DNA of 64,000 nt from the human T2T-CHM13v2.0 reference genome, Homo sapiens, in the NCBI RefSeq assembly GCF_009914755.1, contig NC_060946.1; one strand, given 5' to 3'. Below the pieces are notes generated by a model. That model was given only the letters and a program-made list of their open reading frames with translations. It did no database searches and was not told the origin of the DNA. Below, piece by piece: positions 12,751 to 27,530 of the stretch. The translations under genes were made by a program, and so were the position numbers. Numbering within the stretch: position 1 is the stretch's first letter; every line of letters starts with the position of its first letter.

Positions 12751-13647
12751 CTAGTACCAAGGAAAGTGAAAAGCAATGTCTGAGTACATGCGCGGCAAGT
12801 GTAGGCACTGGACAGAATGCACTGTATGCAATATTTACTGTGCTTTACTCTTTACCAAACACTTTCACGTTACCTTAAGCACACAGAAAACTTCCTATCA
12901 AAGACTACGAGCTGCTCCCATCGGAAAATATACCTTAAGAAAAATTCTGCAATGTTCACAAATTGTTTTGTTTATTCTCATACCCTCAAAACCACATTTA
13001 AGAATTCAACAGATTCAGCATCTTTTTGTGATAAAGAAAAATCTTCCAACTATACTCTCACAAAGCCCAAAGGTCTTAATCCTCAAGCTTCAAAAATATC
13101 AATGGTTTTTTGAAAATTAAAAAAAAAAACCAAATGAATCAAAAAGTCCAATTCTAAACATAAAACGTAGTCATCTAACCTAGTATGTTTATTCTGTGTT
13201 TAAGCCAATAGCAAATTACATTTTATTGTGCTCTAGTGGTGACTTACAAATCTCTAGTTAGGTAAATAGTGAGAAGAAAAATTTAACATGCAGCTACGTA
13301 GTTGTGTGCTCAGTTCTGAAAGCTATATAATTTTTTAAAAAATCTATAATTTTAAAGCTTGACAATAGAGGCAGCACACAGAAGGCAATGGACGACATAC
13401 TTATGTAACACTAAAGAGCAGAACATTTTTATCACAGGTCAAATATTGTGAAAGAGCTGTCCAGTAATGGAGAACCAAAGATTTAACACTTAATCAATTG
13501 AATGTAGTTTTTATCAGAAAGATGACTTCATCACCATTGCATAAATAACAATTTAATACCCACTGATGGAAAATATTTCCAGTATAATTTCTTAAGGGTC
13601 ACATTTATTAATTCACCAAACATTAACTGAGGATTTACTATGCATGA

Positions 13648-14032
<385 letters not shown>

Positions 14033-14622
14033 AGTACAGCCCTTATATTCTGATAAGAATATCAGAGTGCAATGAAGCAAGTGCCATAACATTAAGTACA
14101 CAGTGCTATGGAAGAATCTGATGAGGAAGTGCCTCAACAGTCTAGGGAGCTGGGAGAGGTTTCACAGAGATCCTGTAGAGCTGGTTCTTTGAAGACAAGA
14201 GACATCACTGGCGCAGCAGAACATCTAGGAACTAAACGCAAAAATGACGTAAAGATGGGAGGGGAGTGTTTTAAGGGAATAAAGAGAAATTTTTAGTCCA
14301 ACATGTGGGTCTTGGGGGAGAAATGGAGATTTAGTAACAGATGATTATCTGTGTGAAATTCACTGCTCTCATATGGAAGCACAATTCACGCTTAGAAGTC
14401 AATAGCGTTTTAAGAGCAATGCATTAACATTCCAAGTCTCTATTCCCAAAGGAAAGGTGGTAGTAAAGTGCTGTATACAAACTTAAACCAGAACTGCCTA
14501 GCAAAATGAGACTTGCCCCTAGATAGAATGAGCAGCAGTGTGTGCATCAAAGGCTGAGTCAGAACACCTGCCAGACAATGACAGTCTGTGTTATTAGATC
14601 CTACAGATAATCATGTCATGGT

Positions 14623-14920
14623 GTTTTCTTTTTCTTTTCTTTTTTTTTTTTTTGAGACTCACTCTGTCACCTAGGCTGGAGTGCAGTTTAGAATGATCAC
14701 GGGTCACTGCAGCCAAGATCTCCCAGGCTCAAGCGATCCCCCTGCCTCAGCCTCCTGAGTAGCTGTGGTGCACACCACCCCGCCTGGCTAATTAAATTTT
14801 TTTTGTAGAGACAGGGTCCCACTATATTGCCCAGGCAGGTCTCCAAAGTCCTAGGCACAAAGGATCTTCCCGCCTTGGCCTCCCAAAGCGTTGGGATTAC
14901 AGGCCATGAACCACTGCGCT
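14623..14920 (-). mobile_element. AluJ
   Basis: Diverged Alu. Confidence 0.85.
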
Positions 14921-15759
14921 CTCCCTATGTTAGATTTTCTATTCCTTCCTTCAGGGTAACGGTTTCCACACAAAGAAAGTGGCCAAACAGCAAACAGAAC
15001 ACAGATTTATCCCCGTGCGCTTTTTCTTCCCTCAGTGTAAGTGACTTGCCAACAAGGGAAACTCAGTAAGCTTTGATTCTGAATAAAAGAATGGAGTGAC
15101 TATTGGGAGCTGTTTACCAAGACGTGAGACGAGACGGTAAACCTTTGAAGCATTTACTTGGCACCTTCAGGGATTTCAAAAACTATTTAAAAATACGTTG
15201 CAAAACTTCATAAACGTTTTCTTTTTTCACATTAATAAAAATATGAGCACAGATGGTGATGAAGGCCGAGAGATACAGAGCCCAGGCTTTCAAACTATCT
15301 GATGATCCTGAGCCCTCAAGTCTCCATCTGGGACGTCAAAGAAGTAAACCGGACATCAAGTCCTGGCTGAGCTTCTTCCTAGGTGGGTAGAGGAAGCTAT
15401 GTCACCGACAGATCCTCGAGGTCCTTCTGTGAAGTGAATATTAAAATCAAACAGGCCCTGCCCTGCGCTACTGCAAGAAATGACATCGCTTTATTAAAAA
15501 CCAACATGCGATACTGAATGCTGAAAACCTGGTTTAGTGAACAAAGGTTTGTAAACGTTATTTAAATAACCAGCATGACTCAGAGGAGGTGAATTCCAGT
15601 CCCAGCAAATGAACCTGGGGCTGGCTGTTCCACCCTGGAAAAGATCACTGAAGTTTCTGTGAACGTAAAACAGCTCACGATACGTTTATGAGACTGATCT
15701 GTGAAAACGCTTTGGAAACCCCAATTTCGTATTTATTTAGATTCCCATATCCACCGCAC

Positions 15760-16240
15760 TTAGCTTGTCCTCGTGGTTCGGGGACCTCTCCTGGCGGGAG
15801 GTGGTGCCGGAACAGGTTGGGCGGCCCCAGAACCGTGAGGGGAGAAGGACGGGATGAGGGAAACTCTGCAAGGGGCCGGGGCGGACCCAGTGGTCAGGGG
15901 AGGTCCAGAGGGCGCAGTGGACGCCGGCCGGGCCGGGGACGGAGCACGGAAGGCCCCGCCATTTGCTCTCCTGCCTTACCTGCATGTTGGGCACGAAGCC
16001 CTTCTTGATCCTCCAGCAGTTTTTATTGATCTTCTCCAAGAACTGCAGCTCATCATTATAGCTGCGACTCATGGTGGCGAAAACTGTAGCAAAAACTCCC
16101 GGCTCCGCTTTGAAGAGCCGCTGCCGCGTAGTCCGGCTTCTCAGAGCACCGCCTTCCAAGAACCAAAGCGCAGGCGCGACCAGCGCCGCAGCAGATGAGC
16201 AACGGCAAGCGCCGAGGCTCAAAATTCTTCAGGCCAATGT
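15760..16240 (-). promoter_or_regulatory. RTCB: CpG island / RTCB promoter and 5' UTR
   Basis: GC- and CpG-rich stretch around exon 1; NRF1-like GCGCAGGCGC at 16168-16177; CCAAT at 16234-16238; no evident TATA box. Confidence 0.8.
15980..16072 (-). CDS. RTCB: RTCB coding exon 1 (aa 1-31)
   Basis: Kozak GCCACCATG; [31 protein letters not shown]; donor CAG|GTAAGG. Confidence 0.97.
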
Positions 16241-17251
16241 CTTTCCTCTGGTTAAGTTGTACTGTCCTGTAGTGTATAACTTTAGGATCTTTATTAGTCG
16301 ATTTCCTCTAAACTACAGCTAAGCGAAATCCAGAAGTTTAAAGTATAATCTAGTTATCTTTTGTTTTGGAAATGCTTTTCAGCAGCTTATGAAAACACCT
16401 TGAGTCTGGGTCAGGTTCGGTGCATTGGCTTGGAGTTTACACCCTCAGCTGGGAGGGGAAAAAGATACGCCAGCAGCTGAGAAAGAAAAACCTGTTTGAG
16501 TAAATACCATAGCTGAACATTTATGTTTCAGAATGAATCTGGATATACACCAAATAACTTTTTTGGTCAGAAAGGAGCATCCCAAAGAATGAAGCATGGC
16601 AGCTTATCATTTATTCTGACAAACACTTGTGGGTGCATCTATTGTGGCCAGACATATACTACAAAATGATCAAATCACAGCCCTTATGGATCGCCAAAAC
16701 TCCCCAGTCTAGCCGCATTTGATGATCAAGACCTCTTTAATCATGCTTTTATACGCCGTGTCTCTTGTTCATAGTGGTAAGTGAGCTTTAAGTGATTTCA
16801 GTTTCCAGTTCGGCCTCATGTCAACAACTGCAACTTTGGGATTAGAAAGACGCAAGATTCAATTTCTATCTGTGCCATTTACTGACTTGGTGTGATTAAC
16901 CCCTCTTATCTCTGTTTCGTCATCTCTAAAATGGGATCATAATTCTTTCTTGAGTAGAAGGCTAAATGAAGTGACACTGGAGGGGTAATCAGCACGGGGC
17001 TTGGCACACGGCAAGCACTCTATAAACAGCTCTCCTCTTTCCATTCCCCCACTAGACTGTAAGTGCTGCAAAAAACAGTATGTAGTTTCCATTCATTTGT
17101 TGCATTATCTACACTGGTTCCGCTTTTCTTCTCTTCTGCCCCAATTTCTCCCCATTGATTAGGTGCTCTGACACATTAATATCATTCTCAGTTATGAATT
17201 GTCTGAGTTTAGTACTCTGCACTGCCATTTCATTGAATCTGTGGTGGGTGA

Positions 17252-17701
<450 letters not shown>

Positions 17702-17780
17702 TCTTATTTTATTTTTTAAAAATTCAGGGCAGGCCATTTCTCAAATAAAAAAACCAAGATTGAAGTTGATAGAAAACAAT

Positions 17781-17786
17781 TTTAAT
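17781..17786 (-). terminator. BPIFC: Probable BPIFC polyadenylation signal (ATTAAA)
   Basis: First A(A/T)TAAA hexamer I found downstream of the stop (~430 nt away), followed by T/GT-rich sequence on the minus strand. Confidence 0.65.
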
Positions 17787-18217
17787 TAAACACAGAAGAT
17801 AGTAACAGTGAATATAAAACATGAAAACCAATATGCAGGTAGGGGAAAACCACTAGAGGGCCTAAGGGATTTCCACTGAGAATGACCAATACAAATACAG
17901 ACTTAGAGTTGCTTACCCACCTGGTCAGAAGTACATGCCTAGCTCTTGTCCTAGAATCTTTCTTGCCCCAAACAAACAAACAAACATAAACACAGACACA
18001 CGCAGCATGCATACACTCACATTCAGACACCTCTATTTATCCCTTTAACAGAGTCTGCCTTATTCTGGGTTCCTGAAGGCTTAAGAAAGAAAACTTTCTG
18101 CCTAAGCAATTCACAAGGGCTTTACAATTCCAGTGTGTACTGTCTTTCCCTTCTGGGTTTACAGTAGTTGTAGGATTAAGGACCATTTACTTCCTGGGGT
18201 GAATTGCAAACCGGCAA

Positions 18218-18340
18218 TCAAGGGGCTGACTTCCCCCTCCACTGTCTGCTTATCAGGTTCAGACCTTCCCATACGTGGAAACTTGGCTGCTGCTTTGAGG
18301 ATGTTTCATACTTCAGGTCGGTGGAAATCAAAAGGAAACC
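18218..18340 (-). CDS. BPIFC: BPIFC last coding exon (stop TGA at 18218-18220)
   Basis: ccAG|GGT; GFLLISTDLKYETSSKQQPSFHVWEGLNLISRQWRGKSAP*. Confidence 0.95.
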   Translation of the reverse strand, partial: GFLLISTDLKYETSSKQQPSFHVWEGLNLISRQWRGKSAP

Positions 18341-18419
18341 CTGGAAAGGATGTGACAATGAAGATAACGTCAAAACTTGGGCATGTCTGGGTTTGTCTGA
18401 GGCGTGAGGAAGAGATGGC

Positions 18420-18712
18420 TTCTTTTTTTTATTATTTTAATTTTGAGATGGAGTCTCAAAGGCTGTCGCCCAGGCTGGAGTGTGGTGGTGCGATCTTGGC
18501 TCACTGCAAGCTCCGTCCCTCGGTTTCAAGTGATTCTCGTGCCTCAGTCTCCCAAGCAGCTGGGACTACAGGTGTGTGCCACCACACCCGGCTAATTTTT
18601 GTATTTTTAGTAGAGACAGGGTTTCACCATTTTGGCCAGGCTGGTCTCGAACTCCTGACCACCTCAGCCTCCCAAAGTGCTAGGATTACAAGCATGAGCC
18701 ACCATGCCCAGC
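18420..18712 (-). mobile_element. AluS
   Basis: TSD agagatgg(c/t)ttcttt. Confidence 0.88.
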
Positions 18713-18897
18713 TGAGAGATGGTTTCTTTACCAGGTCCTACAGAGAGTCAGGCCCTCCTCTACCCTGGCCCTACTTTGTGAATGCCCCAGAGAAAGGAAA
18801 GGCCATTTTGGAGTACTGTCACCCGATGTGACTTAGCCATTGTAGAAGCAGTGGGGGAGAAGCAGGGAAGTGGGAGAGCATGCACGGTAGTGTAGGG

Positions 18898-19238
18898 CAG
18901 CGGTCCCCAGCCTTTTTGGCATTAGCGACTGGTTTCATGGAAGACAATTTTTCCACTGACTGGGATTGGGGGATGGTTTCGGGATGAAACTGTTCCACCT
19001 CAGATCATCAGGCATTAGTTAGATTCTCATAAGGAGCGTGCAACCTAAATCCCTTGCACAGGCAGTTCACAATAGGGTTTGTGCTCCTATGAGAATCTAA
19101 TGTTGCTGCTGATCTGGTAGGAGGTGGAGCTCAGGCAGTAATGTTCACTCCTCGGCCGCTCACCTCCAGCTGTGCAACCAGGTTCCTAACAGGCCACAGA
19201 CCGGGACAGGTCCTGGGCCTGGGTGTTGGGGACCCCTG
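18898..19238. mobile_element. MER1B (hAT-Charlie)
   Basis: TIRs cagcggtcccc...ggggacccctg; internal gatggtttcgggatgaaactgttccacctcagatcatcagg. Confidence 0.85.
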
Positions 19239-19829
19239 GACTGTACAGGATTGGAGAATTTCTTTAGAAACATATTTCCACCTCCCCAAACAAACAACAA
19301 TGCCAAAAAGAAAGAAAGAAAAAAAGGTATTCTGAAGTGAATGCATAATGATGAGCCGGAAAACGATTCGATCCCTGAACTCAAAGGTGTGTGCCTTTGG
19401 TTCAGGGGAAAGTCTTCTGACTGGGAGAATCAGAAGAGCCAGTCCTGTCCCAGCCATGCTCCTTTCCAGCTGCCTGAGCCACTTCTCTCTGAGTCCTCCT
19501 TTCCTCATCTGTAAAATGGGACTAATAATTCCAGCCTTACAGATTGTCTTGTGGAATAAGTAAAATAAAGCGTGCTAAGGGGCATCTTCTTATACTGTGG
19601 ATTTGGCTGCTAAGTGAAATTGATCTTGGTCTGATTTTTAGACTCAACTCTAAATATTTTCTGTTAATTGTGATTTAAGAACTAAACATGTTTATAAGAT
19701 TCCCTGGTCTGGGAAAAAGCAAAGCAGGACAAAAACAAACAACAACAACAAAAACAAGCAAAACAGGAGGAGGCTTAGTCTACTATAAAAAGAAATGGGT
19801 CAGTTAAGAGGTGAGATTTGCATTCTTAC

Positions 19830-19906
19830 CTCAAGAACTTCAATATCTGAATTGACGAATAAGAATTTGTGTGGATTGGGCAGAGGAAATCCTTGCTGCA
19901 ATTTTG
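19830..19906 (-). CDS. BPIFC: BPIFC coding exon 14
   Basis: ttAG|CA; AKLQQGFPLPNPHKFLFVNSDIEVLE; GAG|GTAAGA; 77 nt. Confidence 0.95.
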
Positions 19907-19994
19907 CTAAAATATAGAACAAGACGTAAAACAATTGGGCACAAGCACAGAGGTTTTAGCAAGCTTTTTAGTAAGAGACTGACTGACAGCTTGC

Positions 19995-20367
<373 letters not shown>

Positions 20368-20999
20368 CTAGAATTTTCCTGGAAGAATTGCTCATTAATC
20401 TGTGATTAATAAAAAATGCACCTACAATTATGTTCATTTGGACAGTAGAGAAATGCTGTCCATTTTTAGCCTACCCGATGTATATTTTGAAAATACATAA
20501 TTAGTGGGTCTTGAGAACATTTTGGTGTCTAATATACTGGGCCAGACTCCAGATGCTGCAGTTTATGAACAACTGCTGTGCAAGGAGAAGGCCCAGGATT
20601 GTCATTCATGAAAACTGTGTCTATCCAGTTAGTGGTCCTGGCATAAGAACCACGGAGATATCCCGTAGGGAAAATAATCTCGTTTCCGGTTGACTGGAAG
20701 GAGATTCTTTACTGCCTAAGGAGCATGGTTTCAATCTCCTTAACTCAACCAGAGTTGGCCGATCTTGCTGAGTTTGCAAATAGAATTGCTAACAGGGCTT
20801 GGACCTAGAATAACTAAATGTGCCACCACAGCATTGATGGTACAAACTTTGCAAATTCTGACGCTGGCCTGGATTCATGATAACATGATAGAAGTACAAG
20901 CTTCAGGGTGGAAAGTCCCAAACAATCCCCAGTGCAGCCGATGCAGATGTTAAATGTTAGCCGATGTTACAGTCACATTGTTTTCCAATAATCCCTTAC

Positions 21000-21063
21000 C
21001 ATTGGCCAGTGGGAGGACTCCAAAGTGAAGAATGGACGATAGAATATTTTCAAACCTCAAGAC
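21000..21063 (-). CDS. BPIFC: BPIFC coding exon 13
   Basis: ttAG|GTC; VLRFENILSSILHFGVLPLAN; G|GTAAGG; 64 nt. Confidence 0.95.
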
Positions 21064-21104
21064 CTAAAATAAAAGAGGAAATAGAATCAATTGGCAGATC
21101 GGGC

Positions 21105-21388
21105 TTTTTTTTTTTTTTTTTTGCTTTGTTACCCAGGCTGGAGTGCAGTAGTGTGATCATGGCTCTCTCCAGCCTCGAACTCCTGGGCTCAAGCAATCTT
21201 CCTGCCTCAGCCTCTCAAGCAGCTGGGACTACAAGTGTGCACCACTACACCTGGCTAAGTTAAAAAAATTTTTTTTAGGGACAGAGTCTCACTATGTTGC
21301 CCAGTCTCAAAGTCCTGGGCTCAAGCAAACCTCCAATCTTGACCTTCCAAAGTGCTAGGATTACAGGTGGGAGCCACCACACCTGGCC
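21105..21388 (-). mobile_element. AluJ
   Basis: Alu consensus. Confidence 0.87.
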
Positions 21389-21774
21389 AATCATGGGTGC
21401 TTCGAAAGTACCATGCCTGGTTTGGATGTGTACTTTCCCAGAACTTCTTAGGCTAGAAAGCAATAACTAGGATCTTTTCAGAGGGATAATAGCTTTGTAG
21501 AAAATCATATTACAGGGTTTTCTAACTTCTTCCCTCTTGAGGACAGACACTTCTGCTTCCCTCTACACTGGATTTTGGTGATAGCAAATTCAGAGGGACT
21601 ACATGGTGCCAGCAAATGTGGCAGCTCAGGTATCTACCAAGACAGTCAAGAACAACTATTAGATTTCCTAATTAGCAATCTTCCCTTTACTTACTGGGAA
21701 TCTCGGCCACAGGAGTTCCCTTGTGTTACATCACGCTCCAAAGCTATTGCCATCCCCAGAACACCCAATTTATC

Positions 21775-21845
21775 TTTTTTTTTTATTTAAAAATTTTTTT
21801 TTTGAGATGGAGGCTCACTCTGTCGCCCAGGCTGGAGTGCAGTGG
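21775..21845 (-). mobile_element. Alu 3' fragment
   Basis: poly(T) followed by gagatggaggctcactctgtcgcccaggctggagtgcagtgg. Confidence 0.8.
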
Positions 21846-21956
21846 GTATGTCTTTATCACCAGTGTGAAAATGGACAATGGGAATTCACTTTTGCAGTTG
21901 GGACCTCAGAGTTTATGTATGAAACTATTATGCTACACTGCCTCTTGACGTAAAAA

Positions 21957-22037
21957 TGACAATAACTGAAATAATTACCGTAAATATGAAAACACAGAAG
22001 TGACAATAACTGAAACAGTTACTGCGAATATGAAAAT
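21957..22037. repeat. 44-bp tandem duplication
   Basis: tgacaataactgaaa...aatatgaaaa present twice. Confidence 0.85.
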
Positions 22038-22281
22038 AGTGGCCACTGTTCATTTAATGCCTTCTATGTGGTCAGTGTGCTAAGTGCATTTCATATATAA
22101 TCTCAGCTAATCCTTTCAACAACCCCAAGGTTGTAATTTCAGCTCCCAACTACTTGCACTGCCTATCCTGATTTCTTTTTCTCTATAGTATTTCTTTTAG
22201 TAAACACTATATTTGTTTGTTTGTTGTATGCTACTCTCAGCCTGTCACACACACATAAGCACAGTCACACACACTCTGGAA

Positions 22282-22498
22282 CAGGGTTTCCCAGGAGTGG
22301 CACTCTTGACGTTTTGGGATGGATCATTCTTTGCTGTTGGGAGCTGTCCTGTGCACTGTGAATGTGTAGCAGCATCCCTGGCCTCTACCCACCAAGTGTC
22401 ATTAGTATGTCTCCTTCCATCTCAGGCTGTGACAACCAAAAATGTCTTCAGACATTGCCAAATGTCCCTAGCTGAGAATCACTAGTTGAGAACCACTG
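22282..22498. mobile_element. MER20 (hAT-Charlie)
   Basis: tgtgacaaccaaaaatgtcttcagacattgccaaatgtccc..gttgagaaccactg; TSD ctctggaa/ctttagaa. Confidence 0.85.
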
Positions 22499-23277
22499 CT
22501 TTAGAATGTAAGCGCCTTGAGGGTAGAGATTTTATCTGTTTTGTCTAGAACAGTTCCGGGCTCAATAAGTATTTATCAGTAAATGAATACCGTTAATACT
22601 AATAATTAACATTATGTAGTGCTGCCCATGAACTAGGCACTATTCTACCCGGGCATTCTGACACCGAAACCCACTTAACTTCTCTATGATAGTGCCATCC
22701 ATGAATGTATGAGATAGTGATTTAGCTGATCTTCCTGAAGCTTGAGGGAAGGGGGATTCCAAGTCACATGTTGGGGTATCATCTTCCAATCAGAAAGTCA
22801 CAAGGCTGGGAACCCCCCTCCCACAAAGGTATCCATACAAGCAGCATTGACCTAATTTTAGGAGATGGGCAGAAAGTGTTCAAAGAGTAAACCTAATCAT
22901 GGCTTAATAATTTACATATTCCTTTGGGATATGTAACTCTATATGTCTCGTCTATAACTCTAGAGGATTATTTTATTGAGAAAACAGGCATTCCCTGAGA
23001 ATGCCTGTTTTTCTAGCATTATACAATGTCTCAACAGTCTTTTGAGTTTTTAAAAAAGTATTTCTGCATAAATAAAAGTAAACTGTAGAGTTCCTCTCGT
23101 GAATGGTTAATGGGCTCAATTGATGAGTAGCTACATAAAGAATTTCAAAGTTAAGTCCTACAATTATGGAGGAATCAAGGACTCCAAGTCACAGAAAACA
23201 ATTAATTCGCTATTATATATAGTAGGAGAATCCTCGTTCTTCCAGTGCTTGGTAACCCCAAGAGCTCAGATTCCTAC

Positions 23278-23320
23278 CTCAATGTTGCTGCGATTGGACT
23301 CTGGCAAAGCAAGGCGGAAT
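23278..23320 (-). CDS. BPIFC: BPIFC coding exon 12
   Basis: ttAG|A; FRLALPESNRSNIE; GAG|GTAGGA; 43 nt. Confidence 0.93.
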
Positions 23321-23437
23321 CTAAAAGAAAACAAGAAAAGTTTAAAGGATTTGAAAACAACAGCCTTAGTAGAAAGAAACCAAAAAGTAAAAGGATATTT
23401 TCAGTTCAAAAGTCACTATTTAAAAAAAAACACACAA

Positions 23438-23740
<303 letters not shown>

Positions 23741-23951
23741 CAGATAAAAATAAAACACACACACACAAATAAAACTGGGAAGACATCGAGTTCTATTACA
23801 TCTTCTACCCCTATATTTTGCTGCTTAAGAAGCAGAGCAGGAATAGTTTAGGGCTTGGATTTGTAACCAGGGTGGGTTCCCCAAGGGCGTTTGCTACACG
23901 GAACTTAATGTTGGCAACTTGGAATGTAGAACAATCTTAAGAAACAGTTTT

Positions 23952-24319
<368 letters not shown>

Positions 24320-24564
24320 CTACTTGACACTAAATTCTATGACCAGTCTAGGCCACACCCATCAGAAAGCCACATCACTCACACAATTTTTTTAGCTGTT
24401 CAATCGTTGCAGATAAGGGAAGCATTAGCTAAGAAAGCTATCTGATGTGAAAGGTACAGTATAATTGTTAGTAACCCCATTTCTGCCTCTTCTTAACTCT
24501 GTAGATTTACTTAATCTCTCTGGATCTTAATTTTCTCAACTATGAAATATGAATAAGAATATGT

Positions 24565-24780
24565 GAAATGACTATAGTTAACAATAATATATTGTGTAGT
24601 TTCAAATAGCTAGAGGGAAGATAGAACAGCCTCAACACAAATAAATGACAAATGTTTGAGATAATAGACACGCTAATTGCCTTGATCTGATCACTATACA
24701 TTGATACACATTGAAACATCACTAGGTACTCCATGAATGTAAAATTACGATATGTCCATTAAACAATACAATTAAAAAAG
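24565..24780 (+). mobile_element. L1MA 3' end fragment inserted in a MIR
   Basis: tgactatagttaacaataatatattg..ttcaaatagctaga..cttgatctgatcactatacatt. Confidence 0.7.
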
Positions 24781-25319
24781 AACAATACCTGCCTCGCAGG
24801 GCTGTAGTGAAAATTGAATGAAATGATGCACATAAAATGCTTAGAACTGTGCCTAGCATATCCTTATCACTCTGAATATGAGCCATTTTTATTAGGAAGA
24901 GAAATGCTAACAGTTATAACAGCACATAATGTCCTTGATGTTCTTTTTCAAATATCAACAGAGCACTTGCTGTAGGTCCAAGTAGAAGGGAGTCCTCCTC
25001 CCTGACCCCTCTCCCAGCTTGGTAAGGCTGAGTGACAGCGTGTCCTGTTGCTTGATATTTTATGGGAATTTTCGTAAGAAAACTCAAGGTCAACGTTGTC
25101 TGTTTCCCAATTTTGCCAAGAGCTGATCCATAAGTAGTCCTCCCAATATACACAGTTGATTTTTCTATGCAATAATAATGATACTATGAAGAAATAGTAA
25201 TGAATAGAGAAGACTCCTTCATTTTGCAGAGGGAGAAACTGAAGGTCAAAGAGGAGAAATATTAACGGCAGATTTGTTACTGGGACTCAGATCTCCTGAT
25301 GCCCATCCCAGAGCTCTCT

Positions 25320-26200
25320 TTTTCGTATCTTGCTTTTCCTCTTAGCTTTCTATGGCTCACTTTTGCCCAGGTCTAGAGCCCTACTTCTGCATCAGCCTTC
25401 TAACAAATCTCCCTGTTTCCACTATTGACCCTTTCCAATCCATCTTCTACACCATCCCCAGGGGAAGCTACGTTACAGGCATGTCTGATAGAGATACTCT
25501 CCTGATCAAAATTCTTGTATTCCTAGGATTGAGTACAGAGGTACTTAATGTTCACTTATTCATTGATTGGGTCATCCAGCAAATATTTATTATGTGTCAG
25601 CACTGGGACAGGTGCTAGAGATAGCAGCCTTGTGAGCAAAACTAGACACAACCACTGTTCTCATGTAGCTTACCACCTAGTGGGGTGGCAATCATTAATC
25701 AAATCATCCCACTAATTAAGGTTTAATTACAATTGAGATAAATGCTCTTAAGGAAAGAAACAATTTCGTGGAGTCAAAATACAAAGAGGAACTTGATTTC
25801 ATTTGGTAGATGTAGGAAGGTTTCCAGGGGAGGGCTGCTTGAGCTGAAATATGAAGGATGAATAAGATTCAAAAGGCAGAATGGGGAACGGAGTGGGGAG
25901 GGTTCCAGGCAGGGGTTGCAAAAGCCCCACGGAGGGAACTGAGAGCTGGGAGAGCACAGCAGGGCGATGCGAGAGGCAGACAGGATTGACTAGGCTCAGT
26001 GCCTCTGGCTGTGTTACGATTTTCATTTTTTATCCTCAGAGCAAGAAATCCAATGAAGGTTTTTTAAGAAAGGAGATGATGTCTGTGTTTTATAAAGATC
26101 ACTCTGGCTGCAGCATGGAGAAAAGAACAGCAGGCCAACAGGTTACCCAGGTGCTCATTCTGTGCTCAGGAATGTGCGAGGCAATGTGAAGAATTTAACC
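25320..26200. mobile_element. L2 relics
   Basis: cattcattgattgggtcatccagcaaatatttatt; ttttataaagatcactctggctgc. Confidence 0.55.
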
Positions 26201-26338
26201 TCTACCTATAATTATGAGGGATGGAGAGAAGTCGTTTGTAGAAGGTAGAGAACAACACAAAGCAAGGTATACTCAGGTGCTTCTTCATGGGTTTACACAC
26301 CATACAGACTTGCTGCAGAGACTCTAAAAAGGGTGTGA

Positions 26339-26665
<327 letters not shown>

Positions 26666-27489
26666 CTAGAGTTGTGTGTGTGTATGTGTGTGTGTGAGCA
26701 TGCATGTGTATGTGATATGGGGCATATCATGGGGGGAAAACAAGTTTCCCTTTGAGAGAAGACTCTGTACACATCTCTAGCATGTCCTTGGCACCCAGTA
26801 CTGTTTCTCCCACCAGGCTGTGGACTGGGAAAATAGAAACCATTGTCCTTCTGTGTTAAAAACAGTGCAAAGCACATAATAGGTTCTCAGTAAATTCTTA
26901 CTGAATGGATGTGTGGATAAATGAGCGGATGAAGGACATGGGTTGGGGAGTGTTTGTTGGAATTGGGGTCACTTTGAAGGTGAGCCAGTCTAAAGCAGAA
27001 TGTTCATTTTAGTGAGCTTAGGAAGATAAGGTTGGCCGGCTTGAGAAGTAGGACCAGTGGATGAAGAGCTTGAAAACCTCAGACGGTGGATTTAATCCAA
27101 TGATGAAAAGTTTTAAAGGGAAGAATGTGTTGAACCCATTCCACTATTAAAGGACCCTTTTGATGAGTAAGAGTTATCCAATGTTTGAATTTCATTGTTT
27201 CCTGCAGCCTGGAAATTCTGGAAGAAGCTTCCATTTGGGGTTTCCTCCTCTGGCAGGGGCTACCCCACTGTGGCATTCTTCTGCCATGGCTTCAAGAGTA
27301 GTTCAGAGGAAGGGTGGAGTTGGGGGGGTCAGCCCAGGTGCCAAGTCTGAGCTCCACTGACTTGTCCATCATTGGGAATTGTTTATATGCCCAAGCTTGA
27401 GGAGTAGAGTTAGGTAGTGATTCCATCTGCTTGTAGTCAGCTATATTTGCATTCTCTCGCTATGTTGCTTGGGAGGAGTTGTAGGGTGT

Positions 27490-27492
<3 letters not shown>

Positions 27493-27528
<36 letters not shown>
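27493..27528. repeat. (TG)n microsatellite
   Basis: ~18 units. Confidence 0.95.

Positions 27529-27530
<2 letters not shown>

Noticed and set aside
15688-16322. Plus-strand ORFs suggesting a divergent or antisense gene at the RTCB promoter
   Set aside because: Stop-poor GC-rich CpG island and antisense of exon 1; no recognisable protein or splice structure.
18133-18831. Longest ORF in the track (232 aa, + strand)
   Set aside because: It is the antisense of BPIFC's last exon running into an Alu ([12 protein letters not shown]..., typical Alu translation), with a GTG start and no independent coding signal.
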